The position numbers and the translations under genes are program-made. 64,000 nucleotides of DNA from a virus: positions 70,561 through 134,560 of IMG/VR virus record IMGVR_UViG_3300030616_000016; one strand, given 5' to 3'. The notes beneath the pieces were generated by a model. It made no database searches and was not told the origin of the DNA. It was given only the letters and a program-made list of their open reading frames with translations. This document shows, in pieces, positions 1 to 9,511 of this stretch (the stretch's first letter is position 1; each line of letters opens with the position of its first letter).

Positions 1-576
1 CTTTGTTCTACCTTTAACAAGGAAGAAGATGTCATTGGGCTTATCAAAACCTATAGATCAAACGATAGCTCGCGTGAAACTAATGTTGTCAGAACGGTGT
101 TATCTGAATGGAAGAAGAGCCTAAACATTCCAGATGCTTGTAGTTTCTGTGGAGTTCATTCTATTCTCTCCGAGTCCCAGATGGTAGCGTTGCTAGACAC
201 TATTGATTTATATGTGTGTACTTCTCGGGGAGAAGGAATGTCAGGCCCATTAATTCATGCTATGGCAATGGGAAAGCCTGTTATTTCTTCTGACTTTAGT
301 GCTATGAGTGACTTTATTTATGGCGATACATCTTTAAAGGTTGTTCGATACTGTCTAGAACCTGTTCATTCTATGTCACACATACCTTGGTATGGTCATA
401 GACAAGACTGGGCTAGACTAAACGTTTCTGATATTAGGGAAGGAATGCGTGAAGGATATGAATTATGGAGAGATGACAGAGATAGATTTGAAGAGATTGG
501 ACAGCGTGGAAGGGATTTTGTCAGAAAGATCTACTCTGACGAAGCAGTCCAGAAACGAATTAAGGAACTTATCTGA
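1..576 (+). CDS. Glycosyltransferase family 1/4, C-terminal part (gene starts before the window)
   Basis: Frame 1 is open from base 1. Motif GEGMSGPLIHAMAMGKPVISSD matches the GT1/GT4 EGFGLPLLEAMAxGxPVIAS nucleotide-sugar binding region. This is the only long + strand gene. Confidence 0.6.
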   Translation, partial: LCSTFNKEEDVIGLIKTYRSNDSSRETNVVRTVLSEWKKSLNIPDACSFCGVHSILSESQMVALLDTIDLYVCTSRGEGMSGPLIHAMAMGKPVISSDFSAMSDFIYGDTSLKVVRYCLEPVHSMSHIPWYGHRQDWARLNVSDIREGMREGYELWRDDRDRFEEIGQRGRDFVRKIYSDEAVQKRIKELI

Positions 577-712
577 TTGCAATATATTAAAGTCAAGTCT
601 TCCTAATAAACAAATTGCATATCTCTTATTAAATGGCTATAAGCCTAAAGAGATATGCAATATGTTACGCATTTCTATAAGATCGTTTTATCGTAGACTT
701 AAACAAAACTAA
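449..712 (+). CDS. Small helix-turn-helix protein (LuxR / sigma-70 region-4-like HTH at C-terminus); start uncertain
   Basis: C-terminus LPNKQIAYLLLNGYKPKEICNMLRISIRSFYRRL resembles LuxR/GerE-type HTH. The 5' end overlaps the glycosyltransferase in another frame, so the true start may be downstream. Confidence 0.3.
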   Translation: MKDMNYGEMTEIDLKRLDSVEGILSERSTLTKQSRNELRNLSDCNILKSSLPNKQIAYLLLNGYKPKEICNMLRISIRSFYRRLKQN

Positions 713-877
713 ATACTTATTTTTACTAAACAGGGTTTAGTAAAAATGGTTTTAACCCATGCTATTGGGCTTGTCCATATTCCCATCAGGCAATGTGTAC
801 ACTGCCCTATTCTGTATAAACTATCACCAGAAATTTACTATTTAGTTATTTTTAGTTTAGTCTTATAGAAATACTCT

Positions 878-2026
878 TTAGAACGAGTCAGCGCTTTCCT
901 TTTCTCTAACTGCTCTTTTTATTTGACTACTTAGTCTTGCGTGTGATTGCTTTTCTTTTGCTATGTCTTCTAATATTTCTATATCTTTACTGCTTAACAA
1001 CTTTCTTACTCTGATAATATCAAGGTGAGCAGCATATGATAGAGTTGCAAACAATGTTTCCAACTCCTTTTTATCACATTCATAATTCATGACTTTATGG
1101 ATCCACCCTTTATATTGCTTATATTTTTTGGATCCTATTCCACTAATTCTTCTTGCCATTGTTCTACGACTTATGTCAACTCCAAATACAACACCCAATG
1201 CACTTATTCTATTTATACCGCTTAACATAACTTTTGACTTATGTTTATTAAATCTCATTCCTTCTACTGCTACGGCCTTATTTGCGCACTTGAAAATATC
1301 ATTTATCCATTCTTTCCAGAATCTTTTAGATATGTAAGGCATAGAGCTACTTAGTTGTATGTCGTCAGCATATCTTGAATATCTGATCCTTCCATATGGC
1401 CAACCCATGCTTGACATTGTTATATCAAACTTTCTCATACATAGATTTGATATTACAGGACTTGATGGAGCACCTTGTGGTAATCCATTTGTCATTGAAA
1501 CAAGAGGTATTAATGGTATCTTATATTTTCTGCAGCATGTATCTACAGTATGTAATGATATAAGCATCTTTCTAATATGTTTTGCTTTAATAGATGGAAA
1601 GAAGTTCTTAATATCCATACTAATCATTATTCTAGCTCCATCATGTATCGACTGTAATTTGTTAATTGCAGTTTGGAAGCGTCTAGAACGTCTTAGTATT
1701 CTTCTAAAAGATTCTTGTGTTGTAAACAGCGGTTTTGGACTATATGCTAAGCTATGTCCATTTCTGTCATACTTTTGCAATAGCCATGAGACATATCTTT
1801 GTGCCGTTTTTAAGTCTTCGTCTGGCTCATGTAAATGCCTGATGCCACCTGATCTTTTTCTTATCATGTGGTGTGTATATCTTGAGTCTCTATCGTTTGA
1901 GTTTTGTTGTAAGTCTTCAAACAATTGCTGAATTGTAATACCAGATGGCAAGACTAGACTTAGAAAATTGTCAGGAGTTATATCATGAAGTCTCAGTTTC
2001 TTCTTTATCTGATTCTGTTCCATCAT
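878..2026 (-). CDS. Reverse transcriptase (retron/group-II/Abi-like RT domain, unclassified)
   Basis: RT motifs read in order: IRKRSGGIRHLHEP (RT1), ISMDIKNFFPSI (motif A), GLPQGAPSSPVISNL (motif B'), YADD (motif C catalytic), ALGVVFG (motif E). Length 382 aa. Start overlaps the stop of the upstream RecA-like gene. Confidence 0.8.
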   Translation of the reverse strand: MMEQNQIKKKLRLHDITPDNFLSLVLPSGITIQQLFEDLQQNSNDRDSRYTHHMIRKRSGGIRHLHEPDEDLKTAQRYVSWLLQKYDRNGHSLAYSPKPLFTTQESFRRILRRSRRFQTAINKLQSIHDGARIMISMDIKNFFPSIKAKHIRKMLISLHTVDTCCRKYKIPLIPLVSMTNGLPQGAPSSPVISNLCMRKFDITMSSMGWPYGRIRYSRYADDIQLSSSMPYISKRFWKEWINDIFKCANKAVAVEGMRFNKHKSKVMLSGINRISALGVVFGVDISRRTMARRISGIGSKKYKQYKGWIHKVMNYECDKKELETLFATLSYAAHLDIIRVRKLLSSKDIEILEDIAKEKQSHARLSSQIKRAVREKESADSF

Positions 2027-3107
2027 CTCCGCCTTCCGATTCCGTATTGTCAGATATTAATTTGGTTATATCATTGTTTGCTGCAAATTCATATAGTGCT
2101 ATTATTCCTTGCACGCTTTCTTCGCCTATGTAGTAGTATCCACCACGCTTGGTGATTTTACCATCTACAATCATTTGATCTACTAAAAATCTTTCTTCAC
2201 TAAACCCATGATTAAAGATGAATGGATATTTTACTTCGGCTCCCTCCGGCATAGTACCAGACTGTCTAGTCTTATTGATTTTCATGTAATGCATGAAGCC
2301 AATAATTTTCTCTTTCTTCTTTCCATCTTCTTCTACAATGGCAGCTGGAGCTTCGCTTTTGCTACCTCTACGAGTCATCAGCCTTACGTGTGTAAAATGC
2401 TTAACCGCATTTCCTCCCTTAACGAGAGTTAGGTCACCATATCCACCAATATTGGTGTATATTTGACCAATCATTATGATTGTTGTGTTTGTCTTTGCTG
2501 CAGGACCACAAGCAAGTCTTAGGAACTGGCTCATTTTTCTTTGAAGAACACCGATGGTATCATCGTTTAGGCTACGGTTAGTACCGGTTTTACTTTCGAG
2601 TTCTGCGCGTGGAAGCAGACCGCCAATTGAATCAATAACTACGATGTCTACTAAATTCTCTCTCATAATGTCGAGACATTTATCTAGCATGTTCTCCATC
2701 GTATCTTTCTCAATTATAAAGAGCTCATCTGTATTGACTCCTTGTACTTTTAACCACTCTTTATCCAATGCTTCTTCTGCATCAACCCAGCATGCAATAC
2801 CATGGTTTTTCTGAACTTCTGCTACACATCTTGCACATGCAGTGCCTTTAGCTGTCTGTTCTGGTCCGGCGATTGTAACAATTTTACCTCTAGGAAAACC
2901 TCCGCCTAAATAGTCATCCCAGCCTTTAATGCCGGTTGATATTCTACCGTAATCCTCTAGTCCAAAATGTACAATTTGATTTTCATCATCGATGTCTTTG
3001 TTAATAGAAGTCGCTACTCTTTTTAGACGAGCCATCTTCTCTGCTTTTATATCTTGTGGAGATACAATCTTTTCTTCACTAGTATCTTTGCTTTTTCTCT
3101 TAGCCAT
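1983..3107 (-). CDS. RecA/UvsX/RadA-family recombinase
   Basis: Colinear with RecA core: KIVTIAGPEQTAKGT (P-loop region), ACWVDAEEALD, VDIVVIDSIGGLLPRAELES, MIGQIYTNIGG...GGNAVKHFTHVRL, acidic C-terminal tail. Walker A is atypical (AKG in place of GKT). Confidence 0.85.
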   Translation of the reverse strand: MAKRKSKDTSEEKIVSPQDIKAEKMARLKRVATSINKDIDDENQIVHFGLEDYGRISTGIKGWDDYLGGGFPRGKIVTIAGPEQTAKGTACARCVAEVQKNHGIACWVDAEEALDKEWLKVQGVNTDELFIIEKDTMENMLDKCLDIMRENLVDIVVIDSIGGLLPRAELESKTGTNRSLNDDTIGVLQRKMSQFLRLACGPAAKTNTTIIMIGQIYTNIGGYGDLTLVKGGNAVKHFTHVRLMTRRGSKSEAPAAIVEEDGKKKEKIIGFMHYMKINKTRQSGTMPEGAEVKYPFIFNHGFSEERFLVDQMIVDGKITKRGGYYYIGEESVQGIIALYEFAANNDITKLISDNTESEGGDDGTESDKEETETS

Positions 3108-3110
3108 GTG

Positions 3111-3287
3111 TTATTCTTCCAAACAAGTTTTACAGATTAAATTCCCAACGTCATCATGACTGCTACAATCTAAACAGATTGTTTTGCCACATGAACTACA
3201 TGATCCTAGATATGTGTCGGCCATAGTTTCCATAAACATTTGGTCGCATATTTCACAGTAGTTATCATTATCGTTGTTGTCACTCAT
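3111..3287 (-). CDS. Small zinc-ribbon protein (58 aa), not in supplied ORF track
   Basis: Hand translation MSDNNDNDNYCEICDQMFMETMADTYLGSCSSCGKTICLDCSSHDDVGNLICKTCLEE. Three CxxC pairs. Sits exactly between the RecA-like start and the next gene. Confidence 0.35.
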   Translation of the reverse strand: MSDNNDNDNYCEICDQMFMETMADTYLGSCSSCGKTICLDCSSHDDVGNLICKTCLEE

Positions 3288-3651
3288 TATCTATGCCCTG
3301 CATTAAATATAGTAAATGATCTAGCTTCAAAGTAACAAGAGTGGTTTCATTACTAGGCTTAGCACTTCCTGAAGTACATAAGATAGGAAATCTACCAGTA
3401 TTTCTTGCTTCGCCTATCAATTTCTTCCAATCTGATTTTGATGGCATAAATATTCCATCTTTATTTGTTCTTTGTTTAGCTTCGATCTGTAATAATCGGT
3501 TTTGTATATCGCTATCAGATGCAAATACATTTCCAGAGCCTGCTGTTTCTCTTAAAGATATACCATATTGCTGTGCTCTTTCAACAATGTATCGTTGCAT
3601 TAATGCAGCGTTTTTATTCCTTCCGCCAACTCTTGACATAGGAATCTCCAT
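3280..3651 (-). CDS. Putative PD-(D/E)xK nuclease, Hjc-like Holliday-junction resolvase fold
   Basis: GSGNVFASDSDI...LLQIEAKQ fits the D...E-x-K catalytic pattern of Hjc/archaeal-type resolvases. Adjacent to the recombinase. Confidence 0.4.
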   Translation of the reverse strand: MEIPMSRVGGRNKNAALMQRYIVERAQQYGISLRETAGSGNVFASDSDIQNRLLQIEAKQRTNKDGIFMPSKSDWKKLIGEARNTGRFPILCTSGSAKPSNETTLVTLKLDHLLYLMQGIDNE

Positions 3652-3752
3652 GCTTATTGCCTTTAAGTTTCTTATAGCCTGTCCATACTAATTCCCAACA
3701 GGCTATCTTAACTACCGTAGTGTATAATCTCCAGAGAATATATCCACAATGC

Positions 3753-4139
3753 CTATTCATGGCCCATATCCTCCTCAGGATTATACAAATAGGTTTTTCT
3801 GCCTATCATAAATCCTAATATACACATCTTTGTCATGCATAAATAGATATTCTTATCAAATTCTTCATCAGTATCACTATTTTCTAATATCCATTCTAGA
3901 TGGTCTTCACATACATTATCTATGAAATGCATGAGTGATCCTTCACATTCTTCTAACCAATCTTGTATCTCATTGCTCGTCTCTCTTTCTTCGAGCAATC
4001 TGTGACATTCGGAGATTATTTCTTTGGATACCATGTTGTAATCATCAAGTGTTATTTTCTTCATTGGTTTTTGGTCTCCATGTATATTTTGCATGCCAGG
4101 TTTTCTTTGCTTCAGTTGCATTGTCGTTTGTATTATCAT
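3753..4139 (-). CDS. Hypothetical protein
   Basis: ORF of 128 aa, phage-like codon usage, no recognisable motif. Confidence 0.4.
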   Translation of the reverse strand: MIIQTTMQLKQRKPGMQNIHGDQKPMKKITLDDYNMVSKEIISECHRLLEERETSNEIQDWLEECEGSLMHFIDNVCEDHLEWILENSDTDEEFDKNIYLCMTKMCILGFMIGRKTYLYNPEEDMGHE

Positions 4140-4584
4140 CCTGCTTTGTTTCCTGGCTCTCGTTGGCTTCGTTCTCTGGTTTAGGATCTTCTTTCTTTTC
4201 TTCTTTGATGCGATTGTGTTGATCTAAAATATCTACATTACATGTTTTGATAAATTCATTAAAGTCTGTTTCACTTAAACAGTAATCATTAACATGAATG
4301 TGATAATGTAGATGTTCAGAATCCATCTCAGAAGAAGTTACCAGTTTACCAACAATATACAATGTAGAATCCAAATCTACAGCCTTATCTATCTCCTCTT
4401 CTTCAGGATATTCGAAGTGTAGTTCGTATATATTACTATCATTTGGAGATATACTAGTACCTCTTGCTTTATATACTTTTGTAGATAGAGCTCCTTTCTT
4501 GTCATTGTCTACGGCATCGCTCATTAAATCAATCTTGATCGCCTTCAGAACTGTCATTCCTTGATTGAACCTCTGTATTATCAT
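4045..4584 (-). CDS. Hypothetical acidic protein
   Basis: 179 aa, strongly acidic C-terminus. Overlaps neighbouring ORF in a different frame. Confidence 0.45.
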   Translation of the reverse strand: MIIQRFNQGMTVLKAIKIDLMSDAVDNDKKGALSTKVYKARGTSISPNDSNIYELHFEYPEEEEIDKAVDLDSTLYIVGKLVTSSEMDSEHLHYHIHVNDYCLSETDFNEFIKTCNVDILDQHNRIKEEKKEDPKPENEANESQETKQDDNTNDNATEAKKTWHAKYTWRPKTNEENNT

Positions 4585-5764
4585 TATTTGCTCCTACAAA
4601 AAATCCTTCTCTCGTGTTCGATGAGTCTGATTGCTCACCGTGTTGTTCTTCTACTTTCCATAGTACTATGTTATTCTCTTCATGCTTAAGTATTTTAAGC
4701 TTGATGGTATTTGTTGCACAGCATTTAATCTGTTCTGCAAACTGTTTGATCGGCAGTAATATAGAGAAATCTTCTTCTGTTTCAGTTGTACAATTTAAGA
4801 TAATATTTGTACTGCCTTCCTCGCCATTAATATTTATTCTTATCCTTTTAACATTGTCATCGCTACCTTCTTCACCTGGAATAACAATAAAGTTAGCTAA
4901 TATTAGGCTTGGATCTTTTAGTATAAACCCTGTGAGATTAATACATTCTTCTCTATTAATAATGAAGGACGCCATTTCTATAGACTGTTCTTCTATTAAA
5001 GAAACACTATTCCATTCCGGTACAGCTTGATCAATATTGCGTTTCATACACTCAATGTTAATATACCATCTAGTGTCTGCATCAAAATGCGTGAGTCTTA
5101 TAAAGTTTAAATTATCAAATACAATAAAATTAAAGCTTGGTGAATGATTTATAATACTGCTCACGTTTGATAATACATCTCTTGTAAGTATAGATGGATT
5201 GTTTATGTCACTTAGGTCTTGTGATCTAATAATACTACTTTGAATTCTATCAATACAATACATTTTTGAGTTATCAATTGTAATTATATCGCCTAGCTGG
5301 TTAAATTCAAGCTTTGTTTTTGCCATAGCTTTAATATATTGTGGTGAAAATATTATTTTCGGTAATCCAATAGCATTAGGTGTAGCACTAAATTCATCTA
5401 TTCCGTTAGTTCCTTCTTCACATAATCTAAAGTCTCTGTTGATGTTGCCGCCGTTAATACTAATAAATCTATTATCATAGCTTATATGTATGACATCATC
5501 ACATGCAGAAATAAAATCAAGTAGCTTTTTGCAGTCATATTTAGTAATGACATTAGACTCAAGCTGTTCTTCTAGAGCATTAGCTGCCATAAATTTACCT
5601 GCTTGAGATCTTAGGCACATCATAAAGATTGAGTGACTTGTAACAAAATTGTTATCGTCATTCCAGAATCCAAAATATATGTCTGATGATTGAGCTATTT
5701 TAGTGGCATTTTGAAGTAGCTCAATCAAACGTGATTTATTAATTTGCATCTCTTCTCCCATCAA
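4529..5764 (-). CDS. Hypothetical protein (411 aa)
   Basis: Long uninterrupted ORF with no confident motif. Confidence 0.55.
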   Translation of the reverse strand: MMGEEMQINKSRLIELLQNATKIAQSSDIYFGFWNDDNNFVTSHSIFMMCLRSQAGKFMAANALEEQLESNVITKYDCKKLLDFISACDDVIHISYDNRFISINGGNINRDFRLCEEGTNGIDEFSATPNAIGLPKIIFSPQYIKAMAKTKLEFNQLGDIITIDNSKMYCIDRIQSSIIRSQDLSDINNPSILTRDVLSNVSSIINHSPSFNFIVFDNLNFIRLTHFDADTRWYINIECMKRNIDQAVPEWNSVSLIEEQSIEMASFIINREECINLTGFILKDPSLILANFIVIPGEEGSDDNVKRIRININGEEGSTNIILNCTTETEEDFSILLPIKQFAEQIKCCATNTIKLKILKHEENNIVLWKVEEQHGEQSDSSNTREGFFVGANNDNTEVQSRNDSSEGDQD

Positions 5765-6218
5765 TAGTTGCTCTTTTTAATGCTTCGTCTAGTTTATTAA
5801 CTAGCTGACCAGCGCTATACGAAATTCTATTAATCTTATTATATCCTGCTATTGCTTCGACATGTGCAATATACATATCTTTAGTATTCACACGTGCTTG
5901 TCTTAATGCTTCATCTCCTGTATAGTTCTTGTTAGTTGCTTCATTCTTTGTGCCTCTTAATTCGTTATATTCCTCATCTCTAGCAATTTCTCGCTCATAG
6001 TCTGCTTGTTTCTCAGCGCCTATTAATTCTCCAACCATTGGCGAGATGCTTACTAGCAATGCAGATAGGTGTAGAAGGTCATTTTGCATATCATAGTAGT
6101 TATCCCAAGTGTTTGGTTCTCCGCCAAACTCTTCTGGTGCATACTTTTGGGAGATTCTCATAATCTCCCTTATTTCCAGCTCGATGCTTCTTCTACCTTC
6201 TTCTGTTACTTCAATCAT
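5739..6218 (-). CDS. Hypothetical protein
   Basis: ORF of 159 aa. Confidence 0.45.
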   Translation of the reverse strand: MIEVTEEGRRSIELEIREIMRISQKYAPEEFGGEPNTWDNYYDMQNDLLHLSALLVSISPMVGELIGAEKQADYEREIARDEEYNELRGTKNEATNKNYTGDEALRQARVNTKDMYIAHVEAIAGYNKINRISYSAGQLVNKLDEALKRATIDGRRDAN

Positions 6219-6231
6219 AATTTACACCGCC

Positions 6232-6777
6232 TTAGACTGTTGTGAAATAGAACCTATGTGACATAAGCTCGCAATCTCCGCCACAATACGGGCAGGCAAT
6301 AGTTAATGCAACCATATCTTGTTCACTATCTGATTCAACATCATCGTGAATCAGATCACAATCTTCACATATATATAATTCATTCTTGTCAGATGCATAC
6401 ATGGTAACGATGTCGCTTAAGAAATCAGATATGAATAGTTCTAGAGACACTTTATTTTCTAGAAGACCTAAAGCATAGTCTTCTGCATCTATGGGAGATA
6501 ATGTACTTGCTTTCACAAACTTAGTCATTTTGTCTATGTCTGACTTCCCATCATTTATAATATATATAAGAGCATTGTCTTTATCAATGTGTAGCATGCT
6601 CATTCCATGTTCAGCATTTGTCGACTTTGATTCACTTATTAAGTCTTCCCACATATAGGCTAGTGCAGCTGGATGTATCATCAATTCTTTAGCTATATTT
6701 ATCAATGAAGCTTTGAATTGATCTTTCATCACATCCGAATTGACTAACGCTTTTGGTAAAATGTCTGTGTCTTTCAT
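6232..6777 (-). CDS. Hypothetical protein with C-terminal zinc ribbon
   Basis: C-terminus CEDCDLIHDD...CPYCGGDC. Distant member of the Zn-ribbon-tailed family seen later in the window. Confidence 0.5.
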   Translation of the reverse strand: MKDTDILPKALVNSDVMKDQFKASLINIAKELMIHPAALAYMWEDLISESKSTNAEHGMSMLHIDKDNALIYIINDGKSDIDKMTKFVKASTLSPIDAEDYALGLLENKVSLELFISDFLSDIVTMYASDKNELYICEDCDLIHDDVESDSEQDMVALTIACPYCGGDCELMSHRFYFTTV

Positions 6778-7069
6778 TTTTATGTATCCATCTGTAGAAG
6801 GTTCTATCGTTAGTCCATATAAACATTAGTTTGTGTGTATATGGTATTCTTTCTTTATAAAGATCACGAAGTATCTGTCTTAGCTCTCCTGATTCCTTAC
6901 CAGTATTATGTATTATAAGAAGTTCTGTTCTTGTATACAAAGTCTTCGCATAGAATATTTGAAGCCAATCTTTGTTTAAAATAGTATGCCATGTAGACTT
7001 AGCATTCTCAATTAGTTGCTCATCATAGTTGAATAGACTAAGAGATAACAACATTTTCTGGTATAACAT
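6689..7069 (-). CDS. Hypothetical protein
   Basis: ORF of 126 aa, overlaps neighbours. Uncertain. Confidence 0.3.
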   Translation of the reverse strand: MLYQKMLLSLSLFNYDEQLIENAKSTWHTILNKDWLQIFYAKTLYTRTELLIIHNTGKESGELRQILRDLYKERIPYTHKLMFIWTNDRTFYRWIHKNERHRHFTKSVSQFGCDERSIQSFIDKYS

Positions 7070-7475
7070 GATCAGGTACCAATGTTACTGTTTCATAATC
7101 ACTCTCTATATACCCATAGATAATAGATTTAGTATTCATATCAATTGGCATATCTTGGTTGACTTCACATTTAACATCATGTATTTTGCCTTCTTGTATG
7201 ACACCACAAGTTGAAAACATATTGATGAAGCAACGCTTGATTGTTGTTGAAATACGATCAACAATAATGTTATTCTTAAATACTTTTGCATCACAACAAA
7301 CAAAAGTATTTTTAGCAACGTTATCAATAGATGACTTTATTATAACGGGCACGATTGAAACATGGTCTTTACCATCTTTTACATACTCTTGATATATATT
7401 AAGAAACGTATGTTCCTTGTATATACATTTAGTTATAATATAGCCACCTATGATAGCGCTGATATTTTCACTCAC
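7038..7475 (-). CDS. Hypothetical protein
   Basis: ORF of 145 aa. Confidence 0.4.
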   Translation of the reverse strand: MSENISAIIGGYIITKCIYKEHTFLNIYQEYVKDGKDHVSIVPVIIKSSIDNVAKNTFVCCDAKVFKNNIIVDRISTTIKRCFINMFSTCGVIQEGKIHDVKCEVNQDMPIDMNTKSIIYGYIESDYETVTLVPDHVIPENVVIS

Positions 7476-7477
7476 AC

Positions 7478-8476
7478 TTATTCTCCTTGATTGTCTTGTG
7501 CACTTACACGAAACTCAATGTTCTCTGATGCATCCCTAATAGCATTGATCATCTTATTGATGCCTTTGTCCGTGGCTTCCAATACATTATCATCAGCTTC
7601 TGGACAAAGCTTCGTGATTTTGTAGTCACAGAAGTGAGGAGTAAGTACACATGTACGAGAAGGGCTATCGCTATTTAGTATATTTGTTAGAGCTTCGCTA
7701 TCAACTGATGAAGTGTTAAGACCAGTAAAGAAATCATTGTTAAATTTAAGGAAGGCAACAACAGTAAAATTATTTCTTCCACTAGTTTTTCTGCTGATTT
7801 GCTCGCTCTTATATACTTCTGTCAAGATTCTAAATCCCTTGTAATAGCGGACATAGCCTTTATAGAAGTCTTCTGCAGTGATATATGCAAGCACAACGGT
7901 TCTTGGATCAGGATCATTTTTGGAGAAAGACTCACTGATCTCAAGCTCTTTAGTATTAGCACGAACCATGTCTATATATTCTTTTAATTTCTGACGCTTA
8001 AGCCTAGCAATTCTACGCTGTTCAATAATGTTAGAGATACTTCCAATGGCTTCATCAAGTACTCTAACGTTACGAATCGCAGACATAAGATCATATAGAG
8101 AGTTCTTATATATAACCGCAAAGCTCTCCAGTCTTTCAAGAGCAGCTTTAGCAACTGCTTCAGCATAACTTTGGTCGTCTATCATATTATCCATGATAGA
8201 ATCGACCTCTTTTTTTACTAGCTCCTCAGAACTGTGACAATATTCTGGTATAGTCTCTGAAATAGAATAGCCTATTGCATTTGCTAGTTCTGATGGTGTC
8301 ATATTGATTATTCTGCTGATGTTTCTTAATGTATCTCCATTAGCAACTAACCTTGGCAAAGGATTGTTGAAGTTAGGTGTATAGGAGCCTTTAACAATAA
8401 CATCAGGGATCATGATACTTAAATTTTCTGTAAGAAAATTGCGTATCTTCTCTCTTTCTGTTTTAGGTGTAGACAT
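7478..8476 (-). CDS. Hypothetical protein (332 aa)
   Basis: Long ORF, no motif recognised. Confidence 0.55.
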   Translation of the reverse strand: MSTPKTEREKIRNFLTENLSIMIPDVIVKGSYTPNFNNPLPRLVANGDTLRNISRIINMTPSELANAIGYSISETIPEYCHSSEELVKKEVDSIMDNMIDDQSYAEAVAKAALERLESFAVIYKNSLYDLMSAIRNVRVLDEAIGSISNIIEQRRIARLKRQKLKEYIDMVRANTKELEISESFSKNDPDPRTVVLAYITAEDFYKGYVRYYKGFRILTEVYKSEQISRKTSGRNNFTVVAFLKFNNDFFTGLNTSSVDSEALTNILNSDSPSRTCVLTPHFCDYKITKLCPEADDNVLEATDKGINKMINAIRDASENIEFRVSAQDNQGE

Positions 8477-8492
8477 TAATTAACTCCGCTTT

Positions 8493-9485
8493 CTAGACTT
8501 TGTTGAAGTCTTTAATTACATGACTATGACATCTAGGACATTCCAGATTATTTTCATCATTAATTACAAACACATTATTACATGCAGGACATGTTATTCC
8601 TTCCTCTTCATCTGCATCTATAATAAGAGGATCAGTAATATGGTTATCAATTGGATCATCGATAGGATCGCCATATCCAGCCCAATTACGAATGTTTTGA
8701 GAAGTTCTGTGATGTCTGTTACCAAACCTAGGATTGTAATAGCTACCACCTATTGGAAACATAGTTGATTTTCCTTCAACTACTTCATCTTTGTCTTCAT
8801 CATATGAATGTGTAGTCATAGATTTTACAAGCTCATTTATCTCTTCTCTACATTTCTTATATGTTTCTGTGTAATCTGCAGTTACAACATTGAGATCAAT
8901 ATTGTCAATGACAAGCTTGGGGTTTTTCTGAACATATTTGACTAAGATGTTACCAGATTTATTTCCTACAAGCATTACTGCCCATCCATGTTGCTGAAGC
9001 ATCTCATCTGCAGCATCTACATCCTGTCCACTCCAGAATGTAGGCATGTTTACATGAGAATGCCAATGGAAATTCATGCGGCTGTATATTGATTTGCCAA
9101 TGTCTTGTTTAATAGTCAGCATATCTTCTTCTGATATATCATCAACAGATATATCTTTAAACTCCTCAGAGTCTTCAATATATTTGTTGATGTAGTTATC
9201 GATAATATCATGCTCTCCCTTAATGAGAGGAAGCTCAATTCTCTTACATCTGTCTTTATTACACAAACGAAAGTAGCCTGAGCTTGCTACTTGTTTAACG
9301 ATGAATACATTATCAATGATAAGATTACCATTCTTGTCTTGGATGATGGTACCAAGTCCACCACATTCGGTTGAACAAGCATTGATCCATCCTCTGATCT
9401 TTTCTCTTAGGATTGCTGGCATGTATATATTGATGCTTTCTTTAGTTTCTAAAGCATCTTTCTCGGATTCGTTCTTGATTTGCAT
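8493..9485 (-). CDS. JAB/MPN+ (JAMM) metalloprotease domain protein with C-terminal zinc ribbon
   Basis: Exact JAMM motif HSHVNMPTFWSGQD (H-x-H-x7-S-x2-D) with upstream ECGGLG Glu motif. C-terminal CPACN...CPRCH. Confidence 0.65.
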   Translation of the reverse strand: MQIKNESEKDALETKESINIYMPAILREKIRGWINACSTECGGLGTIIQDKNGNLIIDNVFIVKQVASSGYFRLCNKDRCKRIELPLIKGEHDIIDNYINKYIEDSEEFKDISVDDISEEDMLTIKQDIGKSIYSRMNFHWHSHVNMPTFWSGQDVDAADEMLQQHGWAVMLVGNKSGNILVKYVQKNPKLVIDNIDLNVVTADYTETYKKCREEINELVKSMTTHSYDEDKDEVVEGKSTMFPIGGSYYNPRFGNRHHRTSQNIRNWAGYGDPIDDPIDNHITDPLIIDADEEEGITCPACNNVFVINDENNLECPRCHSHVIKDFNKV

Positions 9486-9511
9486 ATCTTTCCTTTCTAT
9501 GCAAGGAGTTA

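Noticed and set aside
1089-1931. + strand ORFs 1089-1337 and 1359-1931, and similar antisense ORFs such as 25820-26368, 35843-36271, 53894-54253 and 61737-62045
   Set aside because: They lie entirely inside well-supported - strand genes, have low-complexity hydrophobic translations typical of shadow ORFs in AT-rich DNA, and lack start contexts.
878-2026. Considered a diversity-generating retroelement (DGR) or a group II intron for the RT
   Set aside because: RT motif B' is QGAPSSP (group II/retron type), not the DGR IGxxxSQ. The ORF is too short for a maturase/endonuclease-bearing intron protein. The adjacent RecA-like ORF is uninterrupted. No TR/VR pair was visible by eye, but this was not searched computationally.
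4529-5764. Sliding-clamp (DnaN/gp45-like) identity for the 411-aa ORF
   Set aside because: Only a vague N-terminal resemblance and compatible length. There are no convincing conserved blocks.
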